Below, in pieces: positions 63,390 to 64,000 of a stretch of 64,000 nt of DNA; positions within the stretch are counted from its first letter, which is position 1; the number at the start of each line of letters is the position of its first letter. This DNA comes from Candidatus Marinacidobacterales bacterium (lineage in GTDB: Bacteria > Acidobacteriota > Vicinamibacteria > Marinacidobacterales > DATDRI01), in the NCBI GenBank assembly GCA_965222425.1, contig CBDCTW010000008.1:178248-242247 (forward strand). Direction: 5' to 3'. The translations under genes and the position numbers were made by a program. The notes under the pieces are model-generated. The model was given only the letters and a program-made list of their open reading frames with translations. It did not search any database and had not been told where the DNA came from.

Positions 63390-63795
63390 TCCATTGGCGA
63401 ACCAAGCGTAGACACATCTAATTCGAAACGTCCCGGCGCGCGTGTCTTGAGTTCGTTTGTGTTTTTGGACACGACGCGGTAGCTCGGACCGGCGCAATGC
63501 GTCGCATCGCTGGGCGACATTCGTGCGGAATCACGCAAAAGCGGTCGTCGCTGCGGATTTCTTCAACGTCGTCCTGTGCCAAAACTCGGCCCTTTTGAAA
63601 TAGACCACAAATCAGCAACTTAGACGCCCTTGGAATCCGCGCAGAATCGAGGGTATTTCGCGCCGCAGGGCTGGCTTCTGACCCCTGGGCTGCGGGTGGC
63701 GAGCGACAGGCCCACCGGGCGTGCGCACGGCTGGCTCAAATCGGCTGCGGGGCGAGCTACGGGCAGTGAATTTCGAACCCGGAAGTCCCTCATTA
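63390..63795 (+). repeat. IS debris at the end of the window. A family-D-like end fragment lies at about 63390-63478 and a 215-bp F-type repeat at 63578-63795.
   Basis: ...GAAACGTCCCGGCGCGCGTGTCTTGAGTTCGTTTGTGTTTTTGGACACGACGCG. The F-type repeat TGTGCCAAAACTCGGCCCTTTTGAAATAGACCACAAATCAGCAACTTAGACGCCCTTGGAATCCGCGCAGAATCGAGGG... aligns to 19992-20211. Confidence 0.55.
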
Positions 63796-64000
63796 GACTG
63801 GACTTTATCGAGCACAAGAGCGAACGTTCGGTGATGCCGCAGGATACAGGGGTTGGCCGGAACGTCGGTTTGGACGGTTTGGACTTCGCCAGCTTACGGC
63901 GGGTCTGGGAGCAGACCTTTGGGGCTACTCCTCCAAGCTCGCTCTCGCGCGTTTTCCTGCGCCGTGTTCTCTTGCACGAACGCCAGTGCCGGACCCATGA

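Overview
This 64-kb window is high-GC (about 65%) bacterial DNA crowded with insertion sequences and broken genes. The lineage cannot be named from sequence alone. Coordinates were worked out by hand and may be off by a few bases. IS families that can be told apart are as follows.
- Two near-identical IS3-family copies lie at 4584-5897 and 52429-53743.
- Two identical IS256-family copies lie at 21413-22812 and 39262-40661. Each has its own 8-bp target duplication.
- One IS5-family element lies at 15139-16225.
- At least three related IS481-like elements end in TGTGCC...GGCACA. There is an intact copy at 50485-51902 with roughly 95-bp inverted ends, a deletion derivative at 16256-17074, and further copies at 26304-27655 and 43947-45040.
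- Many solo ends and small chimeric MITE-like derivatives of these elements are scattered through the window. An IS66 C-terminal fragment and two further IS256-family transposase remnants are also present.
- A MITE-like repeat of about 170 bp occurs at four or five places and sits immediately upstream of two gene starts.

The host genes between the elements include the following.
- Isoprenoid genes ispH and a squalene/phytoene synthase.
- A four-gene partner-switching module.
- A TonB-dependent receptor and a BCCT transporter.
- A GT39 glycosyltransferase.

Many host genes look broken. There are IS insertions, 5' truncations, single-base frameshifts (two of them in 8-nt homopolymers) and one nonsense codon in ispH. 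This points either to real genome decay in an accessory region or to indel-prone sequencing; I cannot tell which.

The three most interesting items are as follows.
- A textbook peroxiredoxin at 54474-55001 has TGA exactly at the catalytic cysteine codon, with a hairpin 14 nt downstream. It is a candidate selenocysteine peroxiredoxin.
- ispH has an in-frame TAA at its invariant Asn7, next to the squalene/phytoene synthase gene.
- A stand-alone PqqD-like peptide-binding protein is clustered with a small membrane protein and two tandem paralogous secreted repeat proteins (9381-11426), with no recognisable RiPP enzymes.

No CRISPR array and no rRNA gene were found. There is one tRNA, tRNA-Val(UAC).
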